Assembly: GCA_963752215.1 (NCBI GenBank)
Contig: CAVVXR010000019.1
Coordinates: 17,657 to 81,656 of the forward strand
Origin: an uncultured Acidobacteriaceae bacterium
GTDB lineage: Bacteria > Acidobacteriota > Terriglobia > Terriglobales > Acidobacteriaceae
Reading direction: 5' to 3'
Length of the DNA stretch: 64,000 nt
In this document: positions 49,564 to 58,635 of the stretch, piece by piece
Layout: each line of letters opens with the position of its first letter
Numbering within the stretch: position 1 is the stretch's first letter
Notes under the pieces: model-generated
The model's database searches: none
Told to the model about the DNA's origin: nothing
What the model saw: the letters and a program-made list of their open reading frames with translations, nothing else
Translations under genes and position numbers: made by a program

Positions 49564-52104
49564 TTAAGCCCTGATGTCTAACCGGTGTTCGTTGTCCGTT
49601 GTCGCGAATGTTCCGAGGCCTATCCCGTTGTCGGCCTCAACATAATCCGTGACGTCCGCGGAACGCGTGGATCCGGCAAACGCGTTCTGCTGTCTCTGTG
49701 AAGGTTGTCCCGAATTGCCAAAGTGCGATGATCCCTGGTTATTAATCTGGATCGATGCTTGAAGTCCATGCTCATCTCCCAGCTTTGTCTGCACCGATGA
49801 GATATGAGCCGCTATCGCCTGACTCAGCTCTGAGTGATCGAGCGATATCTGAGTTTGTATTTGTTGCTGGGACACTGAAGTGCGGATCGAAATGTCGCCA
49901 AATTCGTTCGATTGCAATCCAACACGCATCTCTGTCTGGCCCATCGCCTGAATGAGTTTTACGCTGTTGATACCCGTCGTTGCCGCTCCTGCGCCGATCT
50001 CCTGCTGGTTGGAACCGGGAATTGTCGCTTTGTCGGCAAAGTGGGATCCATCCGCGACAACTTTTGATGTGGCGACGGATAGCACCGCATCGTGTGAGGA
50101 GGCCGCCGGTGTGGGGATCGCTTGAACCTGGGCCTGAGGCGGATTGTTGACCGCAGCCCGCGCTGGAGCAGAACCGGACTGATCAGGACTGCCATTCGTA
50201 TTCTGCTGAAGTTGTCCGTTGCCCTGAGCGCCGGATAGAACGCCGCGTGCTACGTTGGCTGTCGGCGCGGAATTGTTAGCCTCACCATCAGCCGATCTCA
50301 CAAGATTTTGATTCCTGAAAGCGGTTGTGCCGGGCGAAGTCGTCGGTTCCGTCTGCTGGGTTGACTGTTTGCTTCCTGTTTCGCTGTCGTCGCCCACAAT
50401 TGCATTGCCGGAAAGCGCAGCTTGCAATGGCAATTGCACTCGGGCTGTTGCCAACTCTCCATCCGTCGTTGACAGGTGGTCGGTCACCTGAGCTGCATTC
50501 GAGATAGCGCCGGTAACTGACTCTCTCGCGGCTAGCTCATTCTGTGACGGCGTTGTAGCCGCACGCGCTCGCTGGTTTCCAGACGAATCAGGCGCAGAAG
50601 CCTCCCGCGTCGTCTGCGTTTCAGAGACTCGCCGTTGAAGACTTGAAGTGACAGCTGAGGAATCAGAATTGACGAAACTTTCGCTCTCAATAGGAGTTTC
50701 GCTTGCTACTTGTGTCTGCCGCTGGCTTGCAGGCAACTGAGCAATCGAAGCGCTGTGCGTTCCTTGCGCGACAACTGAATACGCTTGGGAATCTGAGGCT
50801 GCTGCCGAAAACGTCACATCAAGGAGAGCTTCGTCTGGAGCCTGCGTTTGATGGCTTACGGGCTGTTGAGCGGCAAAAGCAGTTCGCGTCTGCCCGACAA
50901 CAGGCTGCGTTTGGGAATTTAGGGCCTCAAAAGATTGGTTGATGCTGAGGGCCGGCTCACTTGCTGTTTGCGTCTGATGACCTGCGGGTAACCCTGGGGC
51001 AGTAGCGTTCTGCGCCGTCGACGCAGCAGCAAAGTGCTCTTGAAAATTCAGGACAAAAGCTGATTGATCGAAACTGAGTGTAGGTTCACTTGCCACCCGC
51101 GTCTGCTGGATTCCAGGTTGTTCTGGGCCAGAGCCGTTTTGCGCCGCATCCGCAGTAACGAGCCGCTCTTGGAAATCAGGGACGACTCCTGGCGAATCAA
51201 GATTCAGCGTCTCCCCAGTTTTCATCTGCGGTTGCCGGCCTGCAGGCAACTCAAGGGGCAACGCGATTTGCGCGGACTGCTTGACGACAAACTTCGCATC
51301 TAACTCGGACGCGATTCCTGTGAGAGCAGAATTGGAAGGCGCCACAGTTGGAGAATGTGTTTGTTGTTTTGCGGCCGGCTCGGTCGTAGAAAGGTTTTGT
51401 TGAACGGGTGCAGAAACATGTTGCCCTTGGAATCTGGTTATGACGGCCTTGAGTCCAGCAATGTGCGGCGTTTCAGCAACCGTTTGTGCCTGCGGCGCAA
51501 CAATCGTCTTAGTGGTAGACGCGCTTTTCGTCGATAGAAAACCTATGAACTGTGCTTGAGCACTGGAAGGAACTGCTGAGGGCTTAGCATTTAACAGCAA
51601 TTCACCGGCAACACTGGTCTGTTGGGCTGCCGGCGGCTCAATGGCAGATGCACTTTGTGTCCACTGCACCGCAACAAGCTGCGTTTGGAAATCGGAGGTG
51701 GCTGTTGAAGACTGCAAATTGACGGGTGCTTGTGTTATCGCAGCTGGTGCCGAAGCGCCGCGATTTGGTTCAAGAAACTTATCTTGTGCGATCGGTGCTT
51801 CCTTTGACAAGACTTTGCTTTGTTCGGCATTGGCAATCGTTCCCGTCGCATTCGCGCCGGCTTTCCGGGTTGCGCGCGTAACTTCCATGACAGGCAGCTG
51901 CTCTTCTGGCCGCGCGCCAGCATCACTTTTGGCTGTTCCATCTCCTGTGTGCCCGCCGAGCCCTGAGCCCTCTGCGTCACTTCCCAAGCTTTCATCCGTA
52001 GAGACCGCTGCCAGCACAGTTAGAAAAGTGCGGTCGGACTTGCCGGTTTGTATCAGCGGCGTAGAAGCCGAATTCACGGTCGTCACGGGCGATGGACCTC
52101 GCAT
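49564..52104 (-). CDS. fliK: Hook-length control protein with internal repeats
   Basis: Long A/Q/S/T/P-rich region, C-terminal EMRVGL.S.EFG.I.I domain and LDIRA end; position fliJ-[fliK]-flgD-flgE. Confidence 0.82.
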   Translation of the reverse strand: MRGPSPVTTVNSASTPLIQTGKSDRTFLTVLAAVSTDESLGSDAEGSGLGGHTGDGTAKSDAGARPEEQLPVMEVTRATRKAGANATGTIANAEQSKVLSKEAPIAQDKFLEPNRGASAPAAITQAPVNLQSSTATSDFQTQLVAVQWTQSASAIEPPAAQQTSVAGELLLNAKPSAVPSSAQAQFIGFLSTKSASTTKTIVAPQAQTVAETPHIAGLKAVITRFQGQHVSAPVQQNLSTTEPAAKQQTHSPTVAPSNSALTGIASELDAKFVVKQSAQIALPLELPAGRQPQMKTGETLNLDSPGVVPDFQERLVTADAAQNGSGPEQPGIQQTRVASEPTLSFDQSAFVLNFQEHFAAASTAQNATAPGLPAGHQTQTASEPALSINQSFEALNSQTQPVVGQTRTAFAAQQPVSHQTQAPDEALLDVTFSAAASDSQAYSVVAQGTHSASIAQLPASQRQTQVASETPIESESFVNSDSSAVTSSLQRRVSETQTTREASAPDSSGNQRARAATTPSQNELAARESVTGAISNAAQVTDHLSTTDGELATARVQLPLQAALSGNAIVGDDSETGSKQSTQQTEPTTSPGTTAFRNQNLVRSADGEANNSAPTANVARGVLSGAQGNGQLQQNTNGSPDQSGSAPARAAVNNPPQAQVQAIPTPAASSHDAVLSVATSKVVADGSHFADKATIPGSNQQEIGAGAATTGINSVKLIQAMGQTEMRVGLQSNEFGDISIRTSVSQQQIQTQISLDHSELSQAIAAHISSVQTKLGDEHGLQASIQINNQGSSHFGNSGQPSQRQQNAFAGSTRSADVTDYVEADNGIGLGTFATTDNEHRLDIRA
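50656..51765 (-). repeat. About 8.5 degenerate 43-codon tandem repeats inside fliK
   Basis: Residues 114-483 align at a 43-aa period with recurrent P2, Q6, E12 and F/S26-Q27. Confidence 0.75.
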
Positions 52105-52116
52105 GTCGAATTGAAT

Positions 52117-52132
52117 TGCAAGTTGTTTGCCA
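52117..52132 (-). promoter_or_regulatory. Sigma54 promoter for fliK-flgD-flgE
   Basis: TGGCAA-ACAAC-TTGCA. Confidence 0.85.
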
Positions 52133-52234
52133 TTTGTTCCGATATTCAGCGCTGGGACGCAGTGGCTTTGGCTATTGATTACACGCGCTTTATGTCAGCA
52201 GGTTTCTGAGTCGCGCTGATTGTCCAGTGCAAAT

Positions 52235-52272
52235 CGGCAACCATTGCCGTACCAACTGGGCAATGCGTGCCC
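52235..52272. promoter_or_regulatory. Tandem palindromic upstream activator sites
   Basis: CGGCAA-CCA-TTGCCG and GGGCAA-TGC-GTGCCC, centres 23 bp apart, 100-140 bp upstream of -24. Confidence 0.7.
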
Positions 52273-52361
52273 ACTAACGAGTCAGGTGTGATGAGGAAAA
52301 CGCTTCGCGACTCTTGGCGAGCGAGGCTATGAACTCTCAGCCCTGGAGTGAATAAACAGCT

Positions 52362-52799
52362 CTAACCGCGCTGTCTTCGCGCAGCAAATATATCGTCGAG
52401 TCGCTTTTGATCGTCTCTAGCTTTTTTCAGCGCATAGTGTTCTTGTTGCGAATTGCGCAGTTCAATCAGCGTTTCGCTGTTACGGTAAGCAGCGTGATAG
52501 CACTGCAACTGCCGATCGCGCTGTTGTTCAAGAATCTGAAGATGACGAATGAATGCCGTTCTTTTCTCTACGGCTGCCTGCTTTTTCCAAACAAGCAGCT
52601 GCACCTGACTTGCTGGAATCGGCCGCTGCATAGCTCGCTCTTCGTCGTCGCAAGCCGCAGAGATTTCCGTAGACAGTCGATCAATCTGCTGGGCCACGCG
52701 AGCCATCTCGAACAGTATTTTCTGGAGTGCGCGCTCCTCCTGCCTCTGTACACTCTCCCTGACTCGAAGCACAGTCGCAAGTGGAAACCGAAACGGCAT
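52362..52799 (-). CDS. fliJ: Export chaperone FliJ
   Basis: F.F.L..VL.VR...E and QK.LD; follows fliI. Confidence 0.88.
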   Translation of the reverse strand: MPFRFPLATVLRVRESVQRQEERALQKILFEMARVAQQIDRLSTEISAACDDEERAMQRPIPASQVQLLVWKKQAAVEKRTAFIRHLQILEQQRDRQLQCYHAAYRNSETLIELRNSQQEHYALKKARDDQKRLDDIFAARRQRG

Positions 52800-52883
52800 C
52801 GCGTTAGCCTTCCTTTGGTTGCCGGCAATGACTCCGAGCCCCGATCAGTTCACTGGCTGTTCTATTCAAACTCGTAGCAGGCA

Positions 52884-54191
52884 CTAACCAGGCAGGCCCA
52901 TCAACAAGTTAATAACATCCTCGTGCTTGCAGAGCATATCGGGCTTCTGCCGCAGAAACGCGTTCAATGCTGGCAGATTCTCAATTGCGTTGTCGAGAAT
53001 CGGGTCGGAGCCTTTCTGATAAGCGCCGATTCGAATCAAGTCCTCAGAACGCGCATAAGCCGCCATCAATCGTCGCAAAGAATTAGCCTTGTCTACATGT
53101 TTCTCCTGCGCCACATTAGGCATCAGCCGGCTAAGGCTATCCAGAATGGAGATTGGCGGATAGTGGCTGTTCATTGCAAGGTTCCTATCCAGAACCACAT
53201 TGCCATCCAGCAGCGAGCGAACCGTATCGACAACTGGATCTTGCTGATCGTCGCCCTCCATCAGCACCGTATAGAAGGCCGTGATGCTGCCTTGCGAAAA
53301 GTTTCCTGCCCGCTCTACTAGCCGGGCAAGCATATTCAACACTGAAGGAGTATAGCCTTTCGCGGTTGGTGGCTCACCCGCCGCCAATCCGATTTCGCGT
53401 TGTGCCATCGCGAAGCGCGTGAGCGAATCCACAATTAAAAGTACATTCTTGCCCAGCCCCGCAAAATATTCGGCAACCGCTGTCGCCGCAAGGGCCGCTC
53501 TAATGCGCAGCAGCGGCGATTGGTCCGAAGTGGACACGAGAACAACCGCGCGTTTGAGACCGTCCTCACCGAGAACTTCAAGAAACTCACCCACTTCTCG
53601 ACCACGCTCGCCGACCAGGGCCAGCACCGTCATGTCAGCCGACGTACCACGAGCCATCATGCCAATCAACGTGCTCTTTCCTACGCCGCTTCCGCCGAAG
53701 ATGCCTACACGCTGCCCCCTTCCGCAGGTTATAAAGCCATCAATCGCTCTTATGCCACATCCTAGCGGTTCACGAATTGGTACGCGCTCCAGAGCCAATG
53801 GCACCGATCCGTCGATGCTCACCCCGTGCGTGGCTCGATACTCCCCTTTTCCGTCTACCGGATTTCCCGTTGGGTCAATTACTCTGCCCAGCAACTCCGG
53901 GCCCACGCGAACCGACGGCCTCGCGCCCCACGTCATGATTTGATCACCGAAGCGAATGCCTTGCGGATTGTCGGCGGCCATGGAAAGCATTGTCGATCCT
54001 CGAAAGCCGATAATCTCTCCAGCGTATGATCGACCGCCGGCGCCGGTGATTTCGCACGACTCGCCCACCGAGCAGAACGGGCCCTCTGACTCAATCAGAT
54101 TGCCGACGACTTGATTGACACGGCCTCTCCAGCGCAATGTTGAGCCGGCCTCAAGATGGTGCATGTACGGAGCCAGAACAGATTGGTTCAT
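52884..54191 (-). CDS. fliI: Export ATPase
   Basis: GGSGVGKS, GERGREV, DSLTRFAMA.REIGL. Confidence 0.98.
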   Translation of the reverse strand: MNQSVLAPYMHHLEAGSTLRWRGRVNQVVGNLIESEGPFCSVGESCEITGAGGRSYAGEIIGFRGSTMLSMAADNPQGIRFGDQIMTWGARPSVRVGPELLGRVIDPTGNPVDGKGEYRATHGVSIDGSVPLALERVPIREPLGCGIRAIDGFITCGRGQRVGIFGGSGVGKSTLIGMMARGTSADMTVLALVGERGREVGEFLEVLGEDGLKRAVVLVSTSDQSPLLRIRAALAATAVAEYFAGLGKNVLLIVDSLTRFAMAQREIGLAAGEPPTAKGYTPSVLNMLARLVERAGNFSQGSITAFYTVLMEGDDQQDPVVDTVRSLLDGNVVLDRNLAMNSHYPPISILDSLSRLMPNVAQEKHVDKANSLRRLMAAYARSEDLIRIGAYQKGSDPILDNAIENLPALNAFLRQKPDMLCKHEDVINLLMGLPG

Positions 54192-54862
54192 GAGTTCACC
54201 GGTCTCAAAGCAAGAAGATCGAAAAATCCCTGCTCTACTTCTTTCAGTTGCGATTCCAGGCCAAAGTTAGTCGATCCAAGTTCAGTTTCAAGCACGCAGT
54301 CTTTGTCGCTGAGTCCCGTATCCTCAACCACCTCGAAGTGAGCACTTCCCGGATGCCGATCGAAGGTCTCTTTCCATCGCTTTCCGTTTCCCGAACTTAC
54401 TCGGACGGTTACACTCGATCCATCATGCATTTTCTCCATCGCCATTCTTACCAGGGTCGCTACTAACATTGGATCCACTTGCGCTTCGCGATGCAGAATC
54501 TTGGCCGCAATAGCCAAAGCAAGTTGAACGACTTCCGACTCAATTCGCGCGTAGTATTCAGCTTTTTCTGTTTCAAAAGCCGTGAGCGCGGCTGCGATCG
54601 TCGCGCGCGTAGCCTCGAGCCTTTGCTCATATTCCTGACGAGCCAGGAAGGCCCCCTCAGCCTTCGCGAGCTTAATCTTCTCTTCAGTCTCTGCCGCGAT
54701 CACTTGGCCATCAATATGACTCTTGCCATGTCCCTCGGCGAAGCGCGCTGTAAGAGAGTGACTTGCGGACGCGGCTGAAACCGGAAACTCGGCCAGATCG
54801 GGGTACTCAAATGTCATAACCGAAGCGACAAATTCGGAGTTCGTTCCCGCGCTAGAGCACAT
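54188..54862 (-). CDS. fliH: Export protein FliH
   Basis: LALAIA.KIL.RE and C.LET..G; between fliG and fliI. Confidence 0.9.
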   Translation of the reverse strand: MCSSAGTNSEFVASVMTFEYPDLAEFPVSAASASHSLTARFAEGHGKSHIDGQVIAAETEEKIKLAKAEGAFLARQEYEQRLEATRATIAAALTAFETEKAEYYARIESEVVQLALAIAAKILHREAQVDPMLVATLVRMAMEKMHDGSSVTVRVSSGNGKRWKETFDRHPGSAHFEVVEDTGLSDKDCVLETELGSTNFGLESQLKEVEQGFFDLLALRPVNS

Positions 54863-55877
54863 ACTCGTCTTCTCCCTCGCTCCTCAATACCATTGTGCCT
54901 TCCGCCTCAAGCTTCCGCGCTATGGCGACAATCTCCGCATGTGCTCTGGCTACATCCTTGCCTTTCACAGGCCCCATCACTTCTGAGTCTTCCTTTAACA
55001 TGTCGACGGCGCGCGACGACATGGTGCGATAAAAACGGCTTCTCAATTCTTCGCTTGCTCCTTTGAGCGCAATCATCAGGGTCTTTTTGTCAATCGCGTT
55101 CACCAGCGTGCGAAGCTCCTGCTCAGGAACTTCAAGGAAGTCTTCAAAGGTGAACATTAGATCCCGGATGCCGATTGCGACCTTTGGCTCGTCCCTTTCA
55201 ATGCTTTCAAGAATTTCCTTCGTCGTAGCCGAGTCGAGCCGGTTCATCAGATCGGCTACATTCCGGTAGCCGGTGTCGGATCGCTTTGCGATGTGCTCGC
55301 CCGCGGACTTTAAGCGGCGATTCAAGACTGTGGAAACCTTTGCTGCAACATCTGGAGAGAATTGACCCAGATTGGCAAGCCGTCTCACGCAATCGGCTCG
55401 TGCTTCCGGCTCCAGCTTCATCAATACCGCTGAGGCCTGCTTGGGATCAAGATGACCAAGGACTAATGCCCTGGTCTGCGAATGCTCACCTGCCAGGAAC
55501 CTTGCCAGCTGCTGTGGGTCTGCTTTCTTCAAAGAGTCGACACGTGAGGCGCTAAGTTCCCCGTTTCGCGTCAATCGCTCCAGCATGATCTTTGCGCCGC
55601 TTTCGCCGAGGGCTTTAATCAATAGCCGGCTTGCAACCTCCCGCCCTCCCACTGCGTTGAATTCTTGCACGGAAATCAACTGTTGGAATTCTCTCAGGAC
55701 TTCCAGACTCACTTCGAATGGGACCTGACCCAGATTTGCAACCTCTTCGGTGACTCGCTTAAGATCATCCTCAGCGAGACTTCGGAAGATTGGAGCTGCA
55801 GCGTCCTCCCCGAGCAGTGAGAAAAGAATCGCAGCCTTGCGCGCGCCACTCAGGGTGAGGGTTTCTTCCATGCTCAT
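54852..55877 (-). CDS. fliG: Motor switch protein FliG
   Basis: RKAAI...LG, EH.Q, MFTFED, ALKGA, MS.RA; ATGA overlap with fliF. Confidence 0.97.
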   Translation of the reverse strand: MSMEETLTLSGARKAAILFSLLGEDAAAPIFRSLAEDDLKRVTEEVANLGQVPFEVSLEVLREFQQLISVQEFNAVGGREVASRLLIKALGESGAKIMLERLTRNGELSASRVDSLKKADPQQLARFLAGEHSQTRALVLGHLDPKQASAVLMKLEPEARADCVRRLANLGQFSPDVAAKVSTVLNRRLKSAGEHIAKRSDTGYRNVADLMNRLDSATTKEILESIERDEPKVAIGIRDLMFTFEDFLEVPEQELRTLVNAIDKKTLMIALKGASEELRSRFYRTMSSRAVDMLKEDSEVMGPVKGKDVARAHAEIVAIARKLEAEGTMVLRSEGEDEYVL

Positions 55878-57499
55878 GATTGCTCCTCTCGCAGCCATGC
55901 TTGCACGGCGCGCGTCGAGTTCACGGGCTTTTGCTTGATAACGCCAACCATCTGATCTTTCAATTTTGCAGCTTCCTGTGCACTTTCATCACGATCGGCA
56001 AAAGCAGCGCCGAGTTGGTTCATTCCAACCCCACCTGCCAATGCGGCTTGTGCTGGCGCAGTCAATTGAGCCGGCGCAGAGCTCATTACTTGTTTCTGAA
56101 TCGGCCGCACGATGACAAAATAGGCAAGCATGAATAGAAGCAGCAGCGAAACGGGTCTAAGCAAAGATGAATAATCTGCAACTACCTTGCGTCCCTTGTC
56201 CAATATCGTGGGAACAGGAAGGTCTGTTGGAATCGCATCGGTATCGAATGACATATTCTGAACGGTGACGGTGTCACCCCGCTTTGCGTCGAAACCAATG
56301 ACCGCTTCTGCAAGCCCCTGAATCTTGTCCAATTCTGCCTGTGACCATTTTTTCCGTGTGTAGGTCGTTTTGCCGCTCTGCACATTCTTCACTAGAATAT
56401 CGTCAACAAGAATCGCTGCGCTCACGCGCTGGATTCGGCCTGCGGGCAATACAGTGTGCAGTACCACCTTATTCACGCCGTACTGCGCTGACTCCGTCTT
56501 CGACGATTGCGACGGGCTCTGCGCCTGGTTCTGTGCCGCGATTTGCTTCATTGCAGGCTCGCCGGGTTTGGTGGCTGAAGCAGGTGTGTTGCTTGAAGTT
56601 CCGGGAACTCCTGCCGGGACTGCGCCTCCGGTTGCCGTCTCCACAGATGTCTGATCGCTCAACACCGCACTCACAGCCGGGTCGTACTTTTCCTGACTTT
56701 CTTCAGTCGATTCCTGAGTCTGATCAACGGTCACGCTGGCGCGAATCTTGTCGGTGCCGACCACTGGCTCAAGCGTGCTGATCAGGCGCTGCGTCATGTT
56801 CTGCTCCATGCCGTCAGAATCGTCCTGCCCGTTATGGCCCGTACCGAGTGATCTGGCAGAATCCGCGTCAATGATTGAAACATCGTCCGGACTTAGCTCA
56901 GTGACTGCCCCAGCCACCAGCCGCGAGATGGCTGCGGCTGACTCTTTCGGCAACCCTTTGCCGCGAAGCTTCAGAATTACCGATGCCTTGGCGGGTTGCT
57001 CTTTATCCAGAAAAACTGAGTCTTTCGCCATAACCAGATGAACGCGAGCGCTCTCAACATCGCTGAGCGTTTCAATCGTTTTTTCTAACTCTCCTTCAAG
57101 TGCGCGTTGATAAGTGACTTTCTGGTCGAATTCCGTTTGTCCCCAGGACATCTTGTCGAATAGCTCGAACCCCATCCTCCCGCTGTGCTGAGCCCCTTGA
57201 GAAGCAGTTTTCATGCGGGCTTCCGCCAGTTTTTCAGCTGGAACGCTGATTGTTTTCCCGTCGGGGCTGGTCTGATGCGGAATGCCATCGGCATCAAGTT
57301 GGGCTGCAAGTGCTTCCGCCTCGGCAGGCTCCAGACCAGTTGAAATCGGCTTGTAGTCTGATGTACCGATCAGCCGAACAAAAAGCGTGACTAACAACAC
57401 GGTTGCGCACGCCCCGGCGAACAGGAGCATCTTTTGCCGCGAGCTCCGAGTCTCCCAGAACTGTCGTGCCTGCGCGATTGCTTCGTTTGGACCGGCCAT
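55874..57499 (-). CDS. fliF: MS-ring protein
   Basis: GFELFD, YQRALEGEL..TI, ARVHL, ASV.L, RGD.V.V. Confidence 0.98.
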   Translation of the reverse strand: MAGPNEAIAQARQFWETRSSRQKMLLFAGACATVLLVTLFVRLIGTSDYKPISTGLEPAEAEALAAQLDADGIPHQTSPDGKTISVPAEKLAEARMKTASQGAQHSGRMGFELFDKMSWGQTEFDQKVTYQRALEGELEKTIETLSDVESARVHLVMAKDSVFLDKEQPAKASVILKLRGKGLPKESAAAISRLVAGAVTELSPDDVSIIDADSARSLGTGHNGQDDSDGMEQNMTQRLISTLEPVVGTDKIRASVTVDQTQESTEESQEKYDPAVSAVLSDQTSVETATGGAVPAGVPGTSSNTPASATKPGEPAMKQIAAQNQAQSPSQSSKTESAQYGVNKVVLHTVLPAGRIQRVSAAILVDDILVKNVQSGKTTYTRKKWSQAELDKIQGLAEAVIGFDAKRGDTVTVQNMSFDTDAIPTDLPVPTILDKGRKVVADYSSLLRPVSLLLLFMLAYFVIVRPIQKQVMSSAPAQLTAPAQAALAGGVGMNQLGAAFADRDESAQEAAKLKDQMVGVIKQKPVNSTRAVQAWLREEQS

Positions 57500-57511
57500 C
57501 TCGTCTCCGTC

Positions 57512-57814
57512 TTAGAACTGCATCTTTTCTATGTCTTGGTATGCGCTCACAATTTTGTTGCGAACCTGCATCATCAGCTGAAATGAAACGTCCGCCTTCT
57601 CCACGGCAATCATGACGTTGTTCACGTCGCCGCCTCCGCCTTGCAGAAGGTTGTTGACCTGCGCGTTGGCTGACTGGTTCACTTGGTTCACGCTTTGTAC
57701 GGCGTTCTTCAGCACATCCCCGAAACTAATTCCTTCGCTGTCGTTGCCTACGCCGAAGGATGTGGGATCCGGCATATACGAATTTGGAATTCCGCCCAGA
57801 CTAACGTTGTTCAT
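57512..57814 (-). CDS. fliE: Hook-basal body protein FliE
   Basis: VMIA.EKA..SFQL..QVRNK.V.AY. Confidence 0.97.
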   Translation of the reverse strand: MNNVSLGGIPNSYMPDPTSFGVGNDSEGISFGDVLKNAVQSVNQVNQSANAQVNNLLQGGGGDVNNVMIAVEKADVSFQLMMQVRNKIVSAYQDIEKMQF

Positions 57815-57830
57815 CTTCAGCCTCCCCGAC

Positions 57831-58280
57831 TTACGAAGTTTTCAAAATGTCTATGGATTCCTGAATCATTTGCTTTGCCGCTGAAACCGCCGATGCATTC
57901 AACTGATATGCGCGGGACGCTCCCATCAGGTCCACCATCTCGTTGACCGGGTTGATGGCTGGATAGTTCACATATCCTGACTCGTCCGCGTCCGGATTCC
58001 CAGGTTCATAGCGGCGCACAGGCGGGGTCGGATCACTTACAACCTGACTTAGCCGTACCGTACCCGCGGGCGGCTGAGCAAACTGACCTACCTGATTGAA
58101 AATCGTGTGAAACGGCGAACCCTGCGTGGCGCTGAAAACTACCTCTTTGCGCACATAAGGGCCACCTGACTCTGTATGAGTCGTCTCGGCGTTAGCCAGG
58201 TTTGCAGAGGTAACTTCCGCCCGCTGTCTTTCCGCGGTTAAGGCGGATGCACTTATGCTCAACATGTCAAAAAGGCCCAT
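57831..58280 (-). CDS. flgC: Rod protein FlgC
   Basis: NLANAET, PY.RK, YEPG.PDAD..GYV.YP, EM.DL..ASRAY. Confidence 0.98.
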   Translation of the reverse strand: MGLFDMLSISASALTAERQRAEVTSANLANAETTHTESGGPYVRKEVVFSATQGSPFHTIFNQVGQFAQPPAGTVRLSQVVSDPTPPVRRYEPGNPDADESGYVNYPAINPVNEMVDLMGASRAYQLNASAVSAAKQMIQESIDILKTS

Positions 58281-58286
58281 GGCTGA

Positions 58287-58634
58287 TTACTCCTCCTTGA
58301 TAGCCGTCAACAATGTGTGAAACTGAGATTTAACCAGTTGCACACCGAGCTGATACTGAAGTTGTGTCTGCGAAAGCAAGAGGCTCTCACGGTCGATATC
58401 CACATTGTTCCCGTCTGGGCGTTCTGTGAGTCCCAGCTCCTCCTCAGAAGCAGGCTGCAGCTGTAAGTTGGGGTTCCCATTAATAACTCGCTGCATTGCC
58501 TGCTGGAAGTTCACATCCTTACTGTGATATCCAGGGGTATCGACATTCGCTATGTTCGATGTGATTTGTTGCTGGCGGTCAGTGACCACCTGCATGTAGC
58601 CTTGCAACATTTGAATCCCGGAAAAAGTGGACAT
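58287..58634 (-). CDS. flgB: Rod protein FlgB
   Basis: NIANVDTPGY and DGNNVDIDRE. Confidence 0.97.
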   Translation of the reverse strand: MSTFSGIQMLQGYMQVVTDRQQQITSNIANVDTPGYHSKDVNFQQAMQRVINGNPNLQLQPASEEELGLTERPDGNNVDIDRESLLLSQTQLQYQLGVQLVKSQFHTLLTAIKEE

Positions 58635-58635
58635 G

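Noticed and set aside
41372-57499. Non-flagellar type III secretion system
   Set aside because: Rod, hook, ring, flagellin and fliA/flgM genes identify it as flagellar
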